NCBI RefSeq assembly: GCF_000007185.1
Contig: NC_003551.1
Location: 1,260,001 to 1,292,000 of the forward strand
Source of the DNA: Methanopyrus kandleri AV19
GTDB lineage: Archaea; JAADCQ01; Methanopyri; Methanopyrales; Methanopyraceae
Direction: 5' to 3'
Length of the DNA: 32,000 bases
Shown one piece after another: positions 1 through 11,730 of the stretch. The stretch's first letter is position 1, and the number at the start of each line of letters is the position of its first letter. A program made the position numbers and the translations under genes. The notes beneath the pieces were generated by a model, which did not search any database, was not told the DNA's origin, and was given only the letters and a program-made list of their open reading frames with translations.

Positions 1-73
1 ATGGTGGCGTGGATCATGGATTCGAGAGCGTAGATTATGGGATGGAAAGCTGGACAAGCCATGGCTATTAACC

Positions 74-1165
74 GTGTCAGTCCTAGCCGAACTTTTCGAT
101 TCTAATCCTGAAGAAATTGCTGGCATTCCCTCAATTGAAATTGAACCAGGAGCATCAAAATTGGGATATATGCTAAGGAAAATGATAAAGACTGGAGAGG
201 AGTCGTTAAAAGAGAAACGGGAGTATGGACACCTAAGCGACTATATTCTGTGGGCACTGGAAGTAATTGAGGTGATCACTCGAAGAATCAGGGATCTCGT
301 ACTGGACAAGCCAAGCCTTGAGACCGCCCTGAACTTTTGGGTCATTGGAGCTGTTCTTAGCTCTCGAAACGTTTCAAAAGTTACTGTCATTAGCGATTCA
401 GTGGATCTTGAAATACCGAAGTCTTCTGTCGAGATTCCGTTACCTTATGGCATTAACATTCAAGGTAGTAGCTCAATAACTTCCACGCTCTATGTAATTG
501 CTCACGCGATGGTACATCGTGGGATAGATGAAGACCAGCTGTTAGAACACTTTAATATACAAACAGTGTGCGCGTTATGGATCGAGGAGAATATGCATAA
601 AAAGATGATTAAGAAAGGACTAGAGGAATTAAAACACGGTTTTGAAAAGTTACTAAAGAAGTCGAAGTGGGAGCTGGAACTCGAAGACTTAGGGATCGAT
701 GACCCCGAAGCGTTCTTCCACGAAGTCTCGAAAAAACTCGCCGAGATTGTGACCAACGTTTCAACCGCTTTTGAAACTATTCAAGATAAGCCCGAAGAGA
801 TCGCCCGGAACCTGCTCTCGGTCGACGAGGAGATCCGACTCGGGGACGAGGTCATCCCGCCCGAAGAGTACGATCCCAAGTGGAGACAATCACAACGCGT
901 GAAACAACACGTAAAAGGCACTCTGGAAAGCATCGACACCGAGAAACTCGCGGAAGATGCGTTGAAGACGGTAGGAAGGCTCGTAGGCGGGTCGAAGGGC
1001 GAGGAGATGGCCGAGACCGCGGCCAAGCTGGCGACGGAGGTAGTAAAACGAGGGTTGGACATGGTGTCCGAGTCAAGTGGGAATCGTAAGGAGAGGAGTG
1101 TGCTAGGGGAACTCATCGAGGCGGTCGTCAAGGAGGTCATGGACGGCGCTCGGAAGAGGAAGTAG
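74..1165 (+). CDS. hypothetical protein (363 aa), mostly alpha-helical, cytosolic-looking
   Basis: Long GTG-start ORF with no competing frame. No recognised family. Base composition shifts from AT-richer (5' ~700 nt) to GC-rich (3' part). Confidence 0.7.
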   Translation: MSVLAELFDSNPEEIAGIPSIEIEPGASKLGYMLRKMIKTGEESLKEKREYGHLSDYILWALEVIEVITRRIRDLVLDKPSLETALNFWVIGAVLSSRNVSKVTVISDSVDLEIPKSSVEIPLPYGINIQGSSSITSTLYVIAHAMVHRGIDEDQLLEHFNIQTVCALWIEENMHKKMIKKGLEELKHGFEKLLKKSKWELELEDLGIDDPEAFFHEVSKKLAEIVTNVSTAFETIQDKPEEIARNLLSVDEEIRLGDEVIPPEEYDPKWRQSQRVKQHVKGTLESIDTEKLAEDALKTVGRLVGGSKGEEMAETAAKLATEVVKRGLDMVSESSGNRKERSVLGELIEAVVKEVMDGARKRK

Positions 1166-1535
1166 GTGAAGTCGCCCTTACATTCCTCGATAATCCCTAT
1201 ATCACCGCAACTCCCGACCGTTGGGTCCGGCGGATTATCTGGCGCTCAGCGTCCAGCAACAACAGCACTGCCCTCGGCGTCGTAGGGTGAGGAGGCTCCG
1301 CACGTTTCCGCAGACCCGACTGGAATCGTTAATATTTCTGTAACGATTCTGAGTTGAGCTGCTGGAGAACCCCTCCGAACCCGTGATATTCCACACTAAG
1401 ATAGCGAGCTCATACTACTAATGGTTTTCGGGAACCACCGACCGCCGAAACCCCGGGGATCCCGACTTTACCCCGGAGAAAGCCGATCGGACGGGCGCTT
1501 CGTAGGGTAGGAAACCCTAAAGTTTCCGTAATAAC

Positions 1536-3256
1536 TCAACCGGTATCGTCACGACGCCACCGGACCGCGCGCCGTCCGATCGGTACGGGGATCGCCGGCA
1601 GAACGTGTCGCGACCCACGCCCCGACGACCCCTCGGACTCCCCGGTCTCCCCGCGTGTCCCCTCGACCTCGGAACCACTCGACCCGCCCGCGGGGAACTC
1701 CTCCAGCGTCCACTCCCCGAAACCGGGGTACTCCCGACGCACCGGCTTCAGCAGGTGACGGACACCGTCCCGGTCCTCGACGATCAGCCCCTCCGACGTC
1801 GGGTCACCGAGCGGTACTCCCGGGACTCCCGCACGGAACGCCCGTCGGAGAGGACCACGACGAACCCGTCGTCGAACCGGAAGACGGCCACGAACCAACC
1901 GTCCGACAGGTCCCGGCGGTACACCGGCTCCCCCGATCGCTCGGACGGGAGGACGTACGCGCGGCCGGTCCCCGGGTCGAGGACGACCGACCCCGCGACG
2001 AGCAGCTCCTTACCGCCGACCTCCCAGCGGCGCACCGGGACCTCCTCGACGACGGGACGGACGAACGGTCCGCCCTCCGGCCGGACCGCCGCGCAGCGGA
2101 CATCACCCCCCGGGGTCCGGTAGAACACGAGCCCCTCGAGGAACGCCAGCGGCTCGCCCGGTCCCAGGTCCACGGTCTCCACCGGGACGACCACCGTCGG
2201 GGCGACGCGGACCCCGCCCGGGACCGCCACGCGGACGTGACCGTCCGGGTCCCGGAACGCGACCGCCATCACCCTCTCGCAGCCCACGAGGCCGAGGGAG
2301 CCGGGGATCGCGCGGGAGCCGCTCAGCCGGGCCGCCGGGGCGACCGAGGCGTGGAGGCCCTCCCACCACCCGGTGAAGACCAGGACGTCGCCGTCTTCCT
2401 CGACCGTCCCGATCAGCTCGCGGGGCTCGAGGCCGGCGGAGTGGGACCAGCCGACGACGGCCCCGGTGCCCGCGTCGACCACGGGGGCGAGGGGCAGCGG
2501 GAACACCCAGACGGTCCGGGACCCCAGCTCCACCGGGACGCCGCACACGACCCGCTCCTCCGGCGCGCGCCCCTTCAGGAGGTCCAGCAGGTCCGCGTCG
2601 GTGAGGCGCTCGGGCGTGTACCAGCGCAGGACCTCGGCCCACCGGTCGCCCTCGCGGTGGAGTAGGACGCACTCCGACCCGCGCACCCGGACGGACCACT
2701 CCGTGCCCATGACGGCCAGGTGGACGTCGCCGCCCGACCGGTACGCGACCAGCACGGTCCCCTCCCGGACGAGCACGAACGGGTCCTCGCCCCGCAGGTG
2801 GAGCTCCAGCGGTACACTCGCCTCCTCGCCGAGGAGGACGGCCCGAAGCCGCCCGTCCCGCACGTACGCGACGACCGCGCCGGAGTCGGAGCGGGAGACC
2901 GTCGGGACCGTCGGGTGGGCGCCCCGGTCCTCGAGGACCCGTCTATTCAGGTAGTCCACGGCGATCACGCGGCCGTCGCGCTCGAGGGCCAGGTAGGCGA
3001 TCCCCCTCAGGTCCGGGGGAGCCGCGTCGAACACCACCTCGCGCGCCCGGAGCGAGCCGTCCAGGCGGACCCGGACCCACCCGCCGTCCGACGGGTACGT
3101 GACGGTGGGACCGCGTTCGAACGGGTAGTCCCAGGAGATCACCGGCGGCCCCACCGCGTCCGTCCCGACCTCCACCACCTCCACCGGGTACAGGTCAAGG
3201 GCCCGGGCACCCGGGAGCGCGAGGAGGACCGCGAGCGCCAGCAGGGCGGGGAGCAT
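1536..3256 (-). pseudogene. secreted protein with signal peptide (MLPALLALAVLLALPGARA), propeller-like beta repeats, Gly/Ser/Glu linker and P/V/I-rich Arg tail; one frameshift near 1785-1805
   Basis: ORF 1784..3256 (-) runs into a different frame (ORF 1536..1898): ...VVVLSDGRSVRESREYRSV / SEGLIVEDRDGVRHLLKPVRREYPGF...GSSGSEVEGTRGETGESEGSSGRGSRHVLPAIPVPIGRRAVRW. Together they read as one protein. Confidence 0.65.
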
Positions 3257-3619
3257 CCGGCGTCCCCCGGTCTTCCCTACGGGATTAGTGAGGGGAACCC
3301 ACGTTCCGGGAACCCGAGATATCCCTTACCGTTTCGGAGAGCCCGTCGCCGTACCCGCCACGCCCGGAGCACGGTCCGGTTAAAGTTAAGTCCGGGCGAT
3401 CGGACGCCGCCCGGCCGATGAGGAGGAGGTCCCATTGGGTGAGTCGCCGATGACCGGCACGGCTGAGGCCGAGGCCGGCACCACCGCGGACCGGCCCCAG
3501 CGGTTATGACTGCCGACGTGCTGAGGTAGCACTACCCCATATCGACTTTTTACTCGGTTAATTAACTCGATAGAAAGGATGCTCCCTCCCGGGAGAAGAC
3601 TGTCGTTCCGGAGGGTTTG

Positions 3620-3650
3620 AGTACGAGGTATTACCGAGTTTACTCGTACT
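3620..3650. repeat. 8-bp perfect inverted repeat AGTACGAG-N15-CTCGTACT
   Basis: Read directly from sequence in an AT-richer intergenic segment. Confidence 0.6.
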
Positions 3651-3865
3651 TATCAATACTCCGTAGGCCTCAGGTGAAGCTCATAACGGCGGTGTTCCGC
3701 CGGGCGGTCCGGACATCGAGCACCGCGGTAGCTTTCCCCGTGTGCGGGCTTCGGAGCACCGAACCCAGGTCACCGTGTGGCGGGGTGAAATCTGTAGTCC
3801 TGAAGTAGCGTTCCATCCTCGCTCCCATACACTTGTGAGGTACTTAGAGGAACCGTGAGCCGGGG

Positions 3866-4473
3866 TTGGTCGAGTCGCATTCTCACATCCCGATACCCTC
3901 GGATCTCGTGGAACGAATCCGAGTCCTCCGGGCACTCCGGGAGGTCTACCGCCGGGGGAAGAAGCCGAGCCTCGAGATCACGTACCGGACGGTGAACGGT
4001 AGCATCTGCGGCCCTACTACGTGGCCCACTGGCGGAATTCCCGGCACGAGCGTGGGCGCACGCTCTACCTAGGTAAGTCCGAGAACGAGAGCGTTTCCTT
4101 CATCGAGTATCTGGTTTCCTTAAATCGAGCAGAGGTTCTGGAGCTCGCGCGACACCTCATGCGCAACCTCCGCTCGGTGCTCAAGAGCTTACTCCCCCAG
4201 GTCTCGAGCCTCCCATACAAGAAGGCCCGACGGGTACTAGCCCGCGGGCTCGCGCTAGCATTCGACGCGAGACCCGCCGAGTCACCGCGAATCCGGGATC
4301 TACTCGAAGAACTACCCGACAGGTTGGAATCCTTCTTCATGAGAACCCTAGGAGGCTGGCCCGCGTACTACTTCTCGCACCTGAGGAAGGTGATACGTTC
4401 TAGGAGGGGGTCACTGGATGAGAAGCACGAGATCCCGGACGTGAAACTGGAACGGTGGAAGTTCAGACGGTGA
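3866..4473 (+). pseudogene. copy A of a three-member lineage-specific ORF family, frameshifted at ~4010-4016
   Basis: ORFs 3866..4072 and 4021..4473 together align to copies B and C. CGPYYVARW in B/C is broken here (tgcggccctactac, one C short), giving CGPTTWP. Confidence 0.85.
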
Positions 4474-4507
4474 AAGGTACCCCGGGAACTCGCTGCCGTG
4501 AGAATCC

Positions 4508-6054
4508 TCACGCGGTACCGCGCCGTCGGAGGGTCCGACGCCGGATCGGCGGTATCACGGTCAGGCATGGGAAGCCCTGATACCGGCTCTCAAGGCCCAC
4601 GGTGAGCTCCCGTTCGGCCACGAAGAAAGGTCCCAGGAACCTGTAAGTGACGGTGACCGTGTCGGCGCCCTCCGCCGGGATCACTTCGTAGACACCGGAG
4701 GGATCGCCCCTACGCACGTCCTCGACCCCGGGTCCGGGAAGGACGACCTCCCGGGCGCTCGAGTAGGGGAACTCCGAAGTCACGAAAACGCGACCTCCCT
4801 CGTATCGAGCTTTCGCACCCACCGGGAGCTCGACTAAGTACAGGGTTCGATGGTTCGCCAGGACGAAAGGCCCGACCCAGTCCACACCGTTCCAGTCCTC
4901 GACCTTCTCGGCCAGCGGGAACACGGTCGGGGCCTCACCTTCGTCGGGGATCTCCCTGTACCCCAGGGCCAGCGCGCACCGTCGCCCGTCCGAGGAGTAG
5001 GCCGCGATCCACTCCATCACCATGTACTTGTGATCGGTCGACCGGCAGCGCAGGACGTCCCAATGTCGTCGGAACCGCAACGCGATCTCGATCGAGCCGT
5101 CGGGTCTCAGTCGACCGAGTGCGGTCCGGCTCAGATCGGTCGAGTCGAGGACGACGTACCCTCCGGCCGTCGGGACGGCGACGTACGGTGGCGGGTACTC
5201 GGAGAACCTGACCGTCCAGTCCTCGGGCGGCCTGACTCGGACGACTCGACCGTCGGACTCCCGCACGGCCACGGCCCAGCCTGGCGCGGAGACGAGGTAG
5301 TACCGACCCTCCGAGGAGGCGATGCAGCGTCCGAGGTTCACCCGCCACCCGGGTTCGCTCACCGAACTCCGCGAGCACCTCCCGGGCGCCCGTCTCCAGA
5401 TCTAGCCTCACGAGCCGGTACTCCCGCGTCCCGCCCTCCTCAAAGGGCTCGCCCGGCTCCACGTACACCAGGTAGGGCTTCCCGTCGATCACCTCGGGTA
5501 GCACCGGCTTCACGTCGTCGGCGTCGTTCGGCGTGGTGATCGTCAGGGTACGGCACCCCACGAAGCGCGGGTCCCGGGACGCCCCGGAGATCTCCGACAC
5601 CAGGACGCCCGGCGTCTCGTCACCGCCCGGTAGTACCAGACGGGGATGGTAGGTGATCACGAGGAGTCTGTCTCGGTCGGGGTCGTAGAACGCCCCGATC
5701 GGGTACATCCGCGGGTCCGACCGCGATTCCGAGGGTCCTCCGCTCACGGGCAGGACGCGGGGGCTCGTGACCAGGTCGTAACGCACCACTCGGTAGCTCA
5801 TGCTCCAGGTCGGTTCGTCCGAGTCGAGGGTCCGGTAGTCGGACCGCACGACGACGATCATCCCGTCGTCAACCGCCCCCGTGTCCACCCAACACCGGAA
5901 CCAGGGCCGTGGTCGCGTCCTCCCACTCCGGGAACCTGTAGACCTCCTTCAGGATCACCGGTAATTTGAGGGGCATTCCGGTCGCCGGGATGGGGAGTAC
6001 CAGCGCCGTCAGGAGGACGGCTGGTAGAGCCGGCGCTTCCACCTCACCTACCAC
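4508..6054 (-). pseudogene. secreted protein, signal peptide (EAPALPAVLLTALVLPIPATG), tail FPCLTVIPPIRRRTLRRRGTA; two frameshifts (~5885 and ~5362)
   Basis: Three consecutive minus-strand ORF pieces: MVGEVEAPALP...EWEDATTALVPVL (5869..6054; by translation this is the minus strand, although the supplied track says +), MDTGAVDDGMIVVVRSDYR...ETGAREVLAEFGE (5888 downward), and SEPGWRVNLGRCIASSEGRYYLV... (5362..4508). Confidence 0.6.
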
Positions 6055-6111
6055 GCGGGATATTCCCCTGAACGGCTTGGTTCGGGGGTCCCGGATGGTA
6101 TCGTGGGGAAC

Positions 6112-9100
6112 CTATAGGGCGTGTTGGGTGTGGACCCGGCGCCTCGGTGGGATTACCGGCGGTATCAGGACCGGGGATCCTCGCTTACCGCCCTCACCGC
6201 CGCTCTGCCGGTTCCGATTGCCTTGATTCCGGTTCTGGTTACCCCGCTGTTCCGGACCTCGTTGACCATGTTGACCACCCTGCTCGCCCTGTTCGTGCTC
6301 CTCCGGCTGACCGCCCTGCCGCTGGTTCTGCTCTCCGCCCTGCTGGCCCTGCTGATTGCCTTGCTGCTGACCACCCTGGCCCTGATTGCTCTGGTTTTGA
6401 CCACTCTGACCCGAACTGCCTTGATTGCCACCTTGATTCGGACCACCCTGCCTTTGACCTTGTTCTCGATTTCCTTTTCCTTCTAGATTCCCTTGCTGTT
6501 CACCCTGCTCACCTCGTCCGCTGACGCCACCCCGTGTAGTTCCACCGGGATGTGTCTCTCGAATCCTCCCGTCCTTACCGATGACCACCGACGTGCCGTC
6601 CGGGAACGTGAACTCCACGGTCTCGTCGGTCTCCCTACTCTTCAGCCCCTCGACGACGCCACCCTCGGTCGCCAGCACCGCGCGCACGCGGCCCGATGTG
6701 TCCCGGTAGGTGATCAGCGTACCCCGGTAGTCCAGGTACCCCTTGAAGTCCGGAAGTGTGCGAACCCACTCGACCCGGCCCGAGGTGTCCAGCCGGACCA
6801 CCTCGCCGCCGGTCAGCAGGACGACTGCCCCGCCGTCGGTCCGTTCCCGGTGAACCTCGCAGTCCAATCCGAGGATCCGTCCCGACTCATCGTACCGGAC
6901 GGCCATGAACTCCCCTTCCCGCTTGAACACCGCCAAACCGGTGGCTTCCAGGGCGGGTCTCAGGTATTCGCGCTCCGCCAGTATCGCGACGTGTAGGGTC
7001 CCGAACCGATCCCTGTAGACGATAACCCCCTTGTCGGCGTGGATCGGGACCCCACCGAGGTCGTAAGTCCGGATCACCCACCCCTCGTTCTTCAGGACCG
7101 TCACCGCGGTGCCGTCGTCGAACACGAACGCCGTATTCTCGTCGAGGGTGGTTACGGTATACTTCGGGGACTTCACGTCGCCCGAAACCGAGTCCACCGA
7201 GATCACCCGAACGAGTCCCGAAGTGTCCCGGTACGATAGGAGCACCTTCCTCGGATCCGCCGGGGACCAGGAGTAGTCCAGGTACTTCTCGAAGTCCGGG
7301 ATCTTCGAGGCCCAGATCACCCTGCCGTCGCGGTCGAAGCCCAGGAGGACGCCGTCCCTCAGCACCGAGATCACACCACCTTCCGCGCCCACACGGACAA
7401 CCTCTCCTCGAGGTGGCGCGATCCTGTTCCCGACCACCGTCACGACGACACCGTCGGCGGTCCTGTAGACGACCAGATCCCCCGACTCCCCCAACTTGGA
7501 CGCGTACGTGACGCCCGAGGGTCGCACGACGGCCACGTTCGTCGAACCTCCTCGCGTCCGGTACAGTAGTATGACCCCGTTGCCCGTGGCCCGGTGGCCG
7601 AGTAGCCGGCCGAACTCGCTCAGCCGGTAGGCGTCGGCCTTCAAGTTTTCATCCAAGTGGACGATGATGACAGTGCCATTATTGAGGACGATCACACGGT
7701 GAACGCCGAGTTAGTCCGACAACTCCGTTCGATACACCACCCGGAGCTCCCGGACCGCGTCCCGGTCCGGGTCGACCTCGAGGGCGACGACATCACCGTG
7801 CTCCCGATCGAACGCCAAGAGTGAAGTACCGTCCTGACACGGTGCTAAGACGAGGACCACCCGATCACCGTACAACGGGATTGTCCGGGTGTTGTCTCCA
7901 GTGATGGTGCCGGGCTCGGTCGGCGGTCGGACCCCGATCCTCTCGACGTCAGGTGATCCCTCACCGGCCGGGACGCGGACCGCGTACCCGGTGGTTTCGG
8001 ACCTCCAGACGTCCACCTCGAAACCGTCGTCCACCTTCGGGTACACGTCGATGACGTACCCTCCGACGGTATACGAGTACCGGGTGTACGGGACGGTTAG
8101 TTCCCTCTCGACCGTCACGCCGTCGAGCTCCAGGACCAGCTTGACGTCGAGCGATCCGTACGGGTCCTCCGGTACGCTCACCCTGACGAGCTCGGCGTCA
8201 GATCTCAGCTTCGCGACCTGTTGACCGTTCACCACCAGCTCCCTGCTGTACTCGAACTTCTCCTCGTACACGCCACCGTCGTATGGTATCCTCAGGACCC
8301 CGTCGTCGACGCGGCTCGACACGTACAGGGTCGCTTCTCCGGTACCGTGATCGAACCCGACCTGGTACACCACGGGGTCCTCGGCGAAGCCCACGGGAAT
8401 CCTCCACTCGTAGCGCTTGACCACGCGACCCGTGGGTGAAGTGAACTCGAAGGATACCTCGTGGGTCCTCGCCGGTATTACGAGAGAAACCCGGTGGGCT
8501 CCCTCCTTCAATCGCTGCGGTTGTGCGCTAAGAGCTCCGCCGTCGATCGATATGGGGAGGGGTTGGCCGTCACATGTGACCTTCAGGGTACCCTCAGTCG
8601 GCACGTAGATACCGACCTCGACCGCGCCCTCGAGCGAGCCGTTCTCCACCCTCAGGTCGGCCCCCAACACTCCGACCGAGAGATCTCCGACGAACTTCTC
8701 ATACCGGGTGACCTGGTAGCGGATACCCTGGCCGTCCCTACCCGCGAGCGTTACTTCCACCGAGGCCCGCGACACGTCGTCATCAAGGAGAACGTCCACG
8801 GTGATCGAGTCGTTCTCGGGTATCGGGCTGTCGAGCGTTCGCTCTCCCACGATGTTCCCGGACTTGTCCCTTACTATCACATCCACCCTGTCCAGGGTGA
8901 ACGATCCATCCGGAGGCGTGAAACGTACGGTTACTGCCAGTTCCTTCGTGCCGCCGGACTCGACTGTCTTGGTAACCTCAACATCGTCTACGGTCAGGAC
9001 GCGTGGCGTCAGCGGTAGGATCACGGGGGCAGTCTCGTAGCCCACGGTGCCGCCCAGATGCTCGAAGTATCCCACCGAGACCCTGACGTCGAAGCCCGTC

Positions 9101-10589
9101 CTTAAGATCGCGGCGGGACCCCTGGCGGTGAAATCGACGCTGCAGGGGACCAGTAGTCCACCTGGGAACTCGGTGGATCCTTCACCGAGGACAACTTCCG
9201 CGCCGCTCCAGTCCCTGGTGACGGCTACCCAGTGCACCGTGTTAGGACTACCCGGAGGCGTCAGGTGATCGACGGTCACGGTGCCGCGGACGATTGCCTC
9301 GTCCCCGTTCTGTCGCCACTCGGTCTGTGATATCCGGCACTCGAAACTCAGTGGTAGGACGTCCACCTCCCTGACGCCATAACCGTGAACTGCGAGGTGT
9401 TGCCGAGGTTGTCGGTCAGTTCCGTGCTCCCCATCACGCGTAGGGTGATGATCGCGGGTAGGTGCTCGCGGATGTCGCCACTCGGGTGCGAGAGGGTGAT
9501 CTCGCTCGAATCCCATGACAGCGCCGATTTCAACGAGTTCAACAGCTCATTCTCCAGATCCCCCTCCGAAGGCGTGACGTTCAATGCCGTGCCGTCCCGA
9601 TCCAGGAACGCCAGATCGACACCTTCCAGCGACACGGAGGTACCTTTCTCGACCCCGATGTGTAGCTTCAGCTTCATGGTGCCGTCATCGGAGAACTCCA
9701 CATCGCTCGCGCGGAACGACGCGACGTTCAGTAGGTGTTCGTCCGGTGACACCTCGTAGTACAGGTCCGGCCCCTGAACCAGCAGGTAATCGCCGGTGAC
9801 CGTCCTGATCGTGAGGGCCAGCATCCAGACCATACTGAGCGAGGCTAGGCCGGAGAGGTCGACGTCGGGGTTCCCGTCCCCGTCTAGGTCGAGCCGCTCC
9901 GACCCCGGACGCTCGACCACCAACAGCGCGTTCGGCTCGTCCGCACCCCGAAGCAGGAACGGCACGGGACCCGAGGTCGTCGGGACCCAGATCACCGTCC
10001 GCTCGCCCTTGGCCGGCCACGAGTCCTCGTCCAGGTAGTACGGCACGCGGTCGGGACCACCGTAACACGGTATCAAGTAGTACGTGCTCGTCCCGTCGGT
10101 CACCCTGAGGGATAGTCCGGCGGGCGTCAGCGGTGTACCGCGCCGGTTGGTGGCGTTCAACAGGTCGTCGGGACTCGACACGGGCCCGTTCGCCTCGGCG
10201 TAGTCCACGGAGGTCACGTCGAACCCCTGGGCCGTAAGCCTGCCGACGATATCGTGGGCGAACGGGCTGTCGAAGTAGGAGGTGCAGTTGTTCGCGGTGA
10301 GCTCGAACCCGAGGGCCACGCTGGTCGGCTTGCCCACCCACAGGTAGTCTTTCCAGTTCGAGGGCAGCTGCGATCCCATCGTGTTCGGGTCGTAGAACCA
10401 GACAGTGGTGAGTCCGGACCCGTGGTCCCGAAGCGCGTACTCCTCCCCCGACACCGGGACCGTGAGGACGACGACCAAAGACGCCAACGACACCAACGTC
10501 GGGATCGCCCGACGGGCCGCCGGTACCACCGCCGGAACCCCGATTCCCCCGTTCGCTCTCCGGTATATCAACGTATCGCATGAGTTCAC
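6112..10589 (-). pseudogene. very large secreted surface protein (~1,490 aa if intact): signal peptide, EF-hand-like DLDGDGNPDVDLSGL, beta-sandwich-like repeats, propeller-like repeats, ~110 aa Q/G/N-rich linker, tail GSPVLIPPVIPPRRR
   Basis: ORFs 9348..10625, 7711..9516 and 6112..7695 on the minus strand. The first junction is a frameshift (~9375). The second is a single in-frame TAA (7711-7713) with the same frame continuing LGVHRVIVLNNGTVIIV. Likely start is GTG at 10589, overlapping the upstream stop as GTGA. Confidence 0.6.
6181..6513 (-). other. Gln/Gly/Asn-rich low-complexity domain
   Basis: Translated: GEQGEQQGNLEGKGNREQGQRQGGPNQGGNQGSSGQSGQNQSNQGQGGQQQGNQQGQQGGEQNQ...GNQNRNQGNRNRQSGGEGGKR. 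Confidence 0.85.
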
Positions 10590-11590
10590 GGTAACTCCAG
10601 CTTCCCGCCCCGCCTCCCGATCCACGCCTCGACCCGGACGTCCAGACCCGCTCCCGCGAGCCGTTTCCTCAGCGCCCGGACGCCGTCGGGCGACCCGTGC
10701 CGCAGCACGAGGTACTCCGGCTCCAGCTCCTCAACCAACCGCACGAGCTCGGCCGCGCTCGCGTGCCCGGTCCCCGATACGATGTAAGGGTAAGGGACCG
10801 CGTCCAGGAGCCTTCTCAGCCTCCCCTCCCGGTCCCGGTAGAGGAACCAGCGCTCCGTGATCAGGACGTGGGGCCTCTTCGACAACCCTTCCACGGTCCC
10901 GACGCTCGAGGTGACGAGCGGGTACTCGGGGCGGCTCACGACCTCCAGGTCCGCCCCCTCGTGCGCGCCCGCCTTGACGGCCTCGTCGACCGGATCGCCC
11001 TCGAGCACGTGCAGGATCTCGACCTCGGAGGCGACGTCGATCAGCGGGTTCACGTGGGTGAGCAGCAGCACCGTCCGGTCCTCCCGGTGGAGTTCCAGGA
11101 GCCGCTGGATCCGGTACTCCGCCGCCTCCGGGTCGTCCGGGTGGACGCTCGCGGCCCGGGTGCACTCGGTCACGATCGCGTCCACCTCGTCGTCCACCAG
11201 CTCCCAGAGCGGGGGGTGCTCGCCGAGCGCGCACCAGTCCCCCGTGATCAGCACGCGCGCGTCGCCCGACAGGAGGACCGCGTGGGCCTTCGGGCACATG
11301 TGGTTGACCGGGTAGGTCCGCACGTCCAGCAGGCCGGCCTCGAAGGAGGACCGGAGCGGCTCGGCCTCGTCCTCCATCCCGAGGAGCGCCGCGGTCACCT
11401 CGTCGGCTCGGAGCTCACCGAACTCCGTCCTCGGGACGCCGCCGTAGTGGTCGCGGTGAGGGTGCGTGACGATCACCGCGTCCGCGCGCTTGACGTACGG
11501 TCCCTTCCGATCCGTCACGTCCACGAAGACGCGGGTGTCCCCGTAGTCGACGACCACACCGCACCACGGGTCGAGGGGTCTGAGGAGCAA
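10586..11590 (-). CDS. metallo-beta-lactamase-fold hydrolase, beta-CASP/RNase J-like
   Basis: THPHRDHYGG, LITGDW, C-terminal VSGTGHAS...EYLVLRHG. Stop codon overlaps the next gene's start (GTGA). Confidence 0.8.
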   Translation of the reverse strand: MLLRPLDPWCGVVVDYGDTRVFVDVTDRKGPYVKRADAVIVTHPHRDHYGGVPRTEFGELRADEVTAALLGMEDEAEPLRSSFEAGLLDVRTYPVNHMCPKAHAVLLSGDARVLITGDWCALGEHPPLWELVDDEVDAIVTECTRAASVHPDDPEAAEYRIQRLLELHREDRTVLLLTHVNPLIDVASEVEILHVLEGDPVDEAVKAGAHEGADLEVVSRPEYPLVTSSVGTVEGLSKRPHVLITERWFLYRDREGRLRRLLDAVPYPYIVSGTGHASAAELVRLVEELEPEYLVLRHGSPDGVRALRKRLAGAGLDVRVEAWIGRRGGKLELP

Positions 11591-11730
11591 CGGACGCCCC
11601 GGAAGCGTCCAGTTCTCCGGAGGATGAATCGTTTCGCCCGGAAATCGTCACGGTAGTCGAGAGAGAAAGGGGATACCGAGAGGGCGCGTCGGGACGTTCC
11701 TGTGTGTACCACGGAGATGCCCTCGAGCGG

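Noticed and set aside
1655-2665. 336-aa plus-strand ORF and neighbouring plus-strand ORFs
   Set aside because: Antisense to the 1536..3256 secreted-protein gene, with Arg/Pro/His-rich shadow composition.
7711-7713. Recoding (pyrrolysine or selenocysteine) at the internal stop
   Set aside because: The codon is TAA, not TAG or TGA, so those known recoding mechanisms do not apply.
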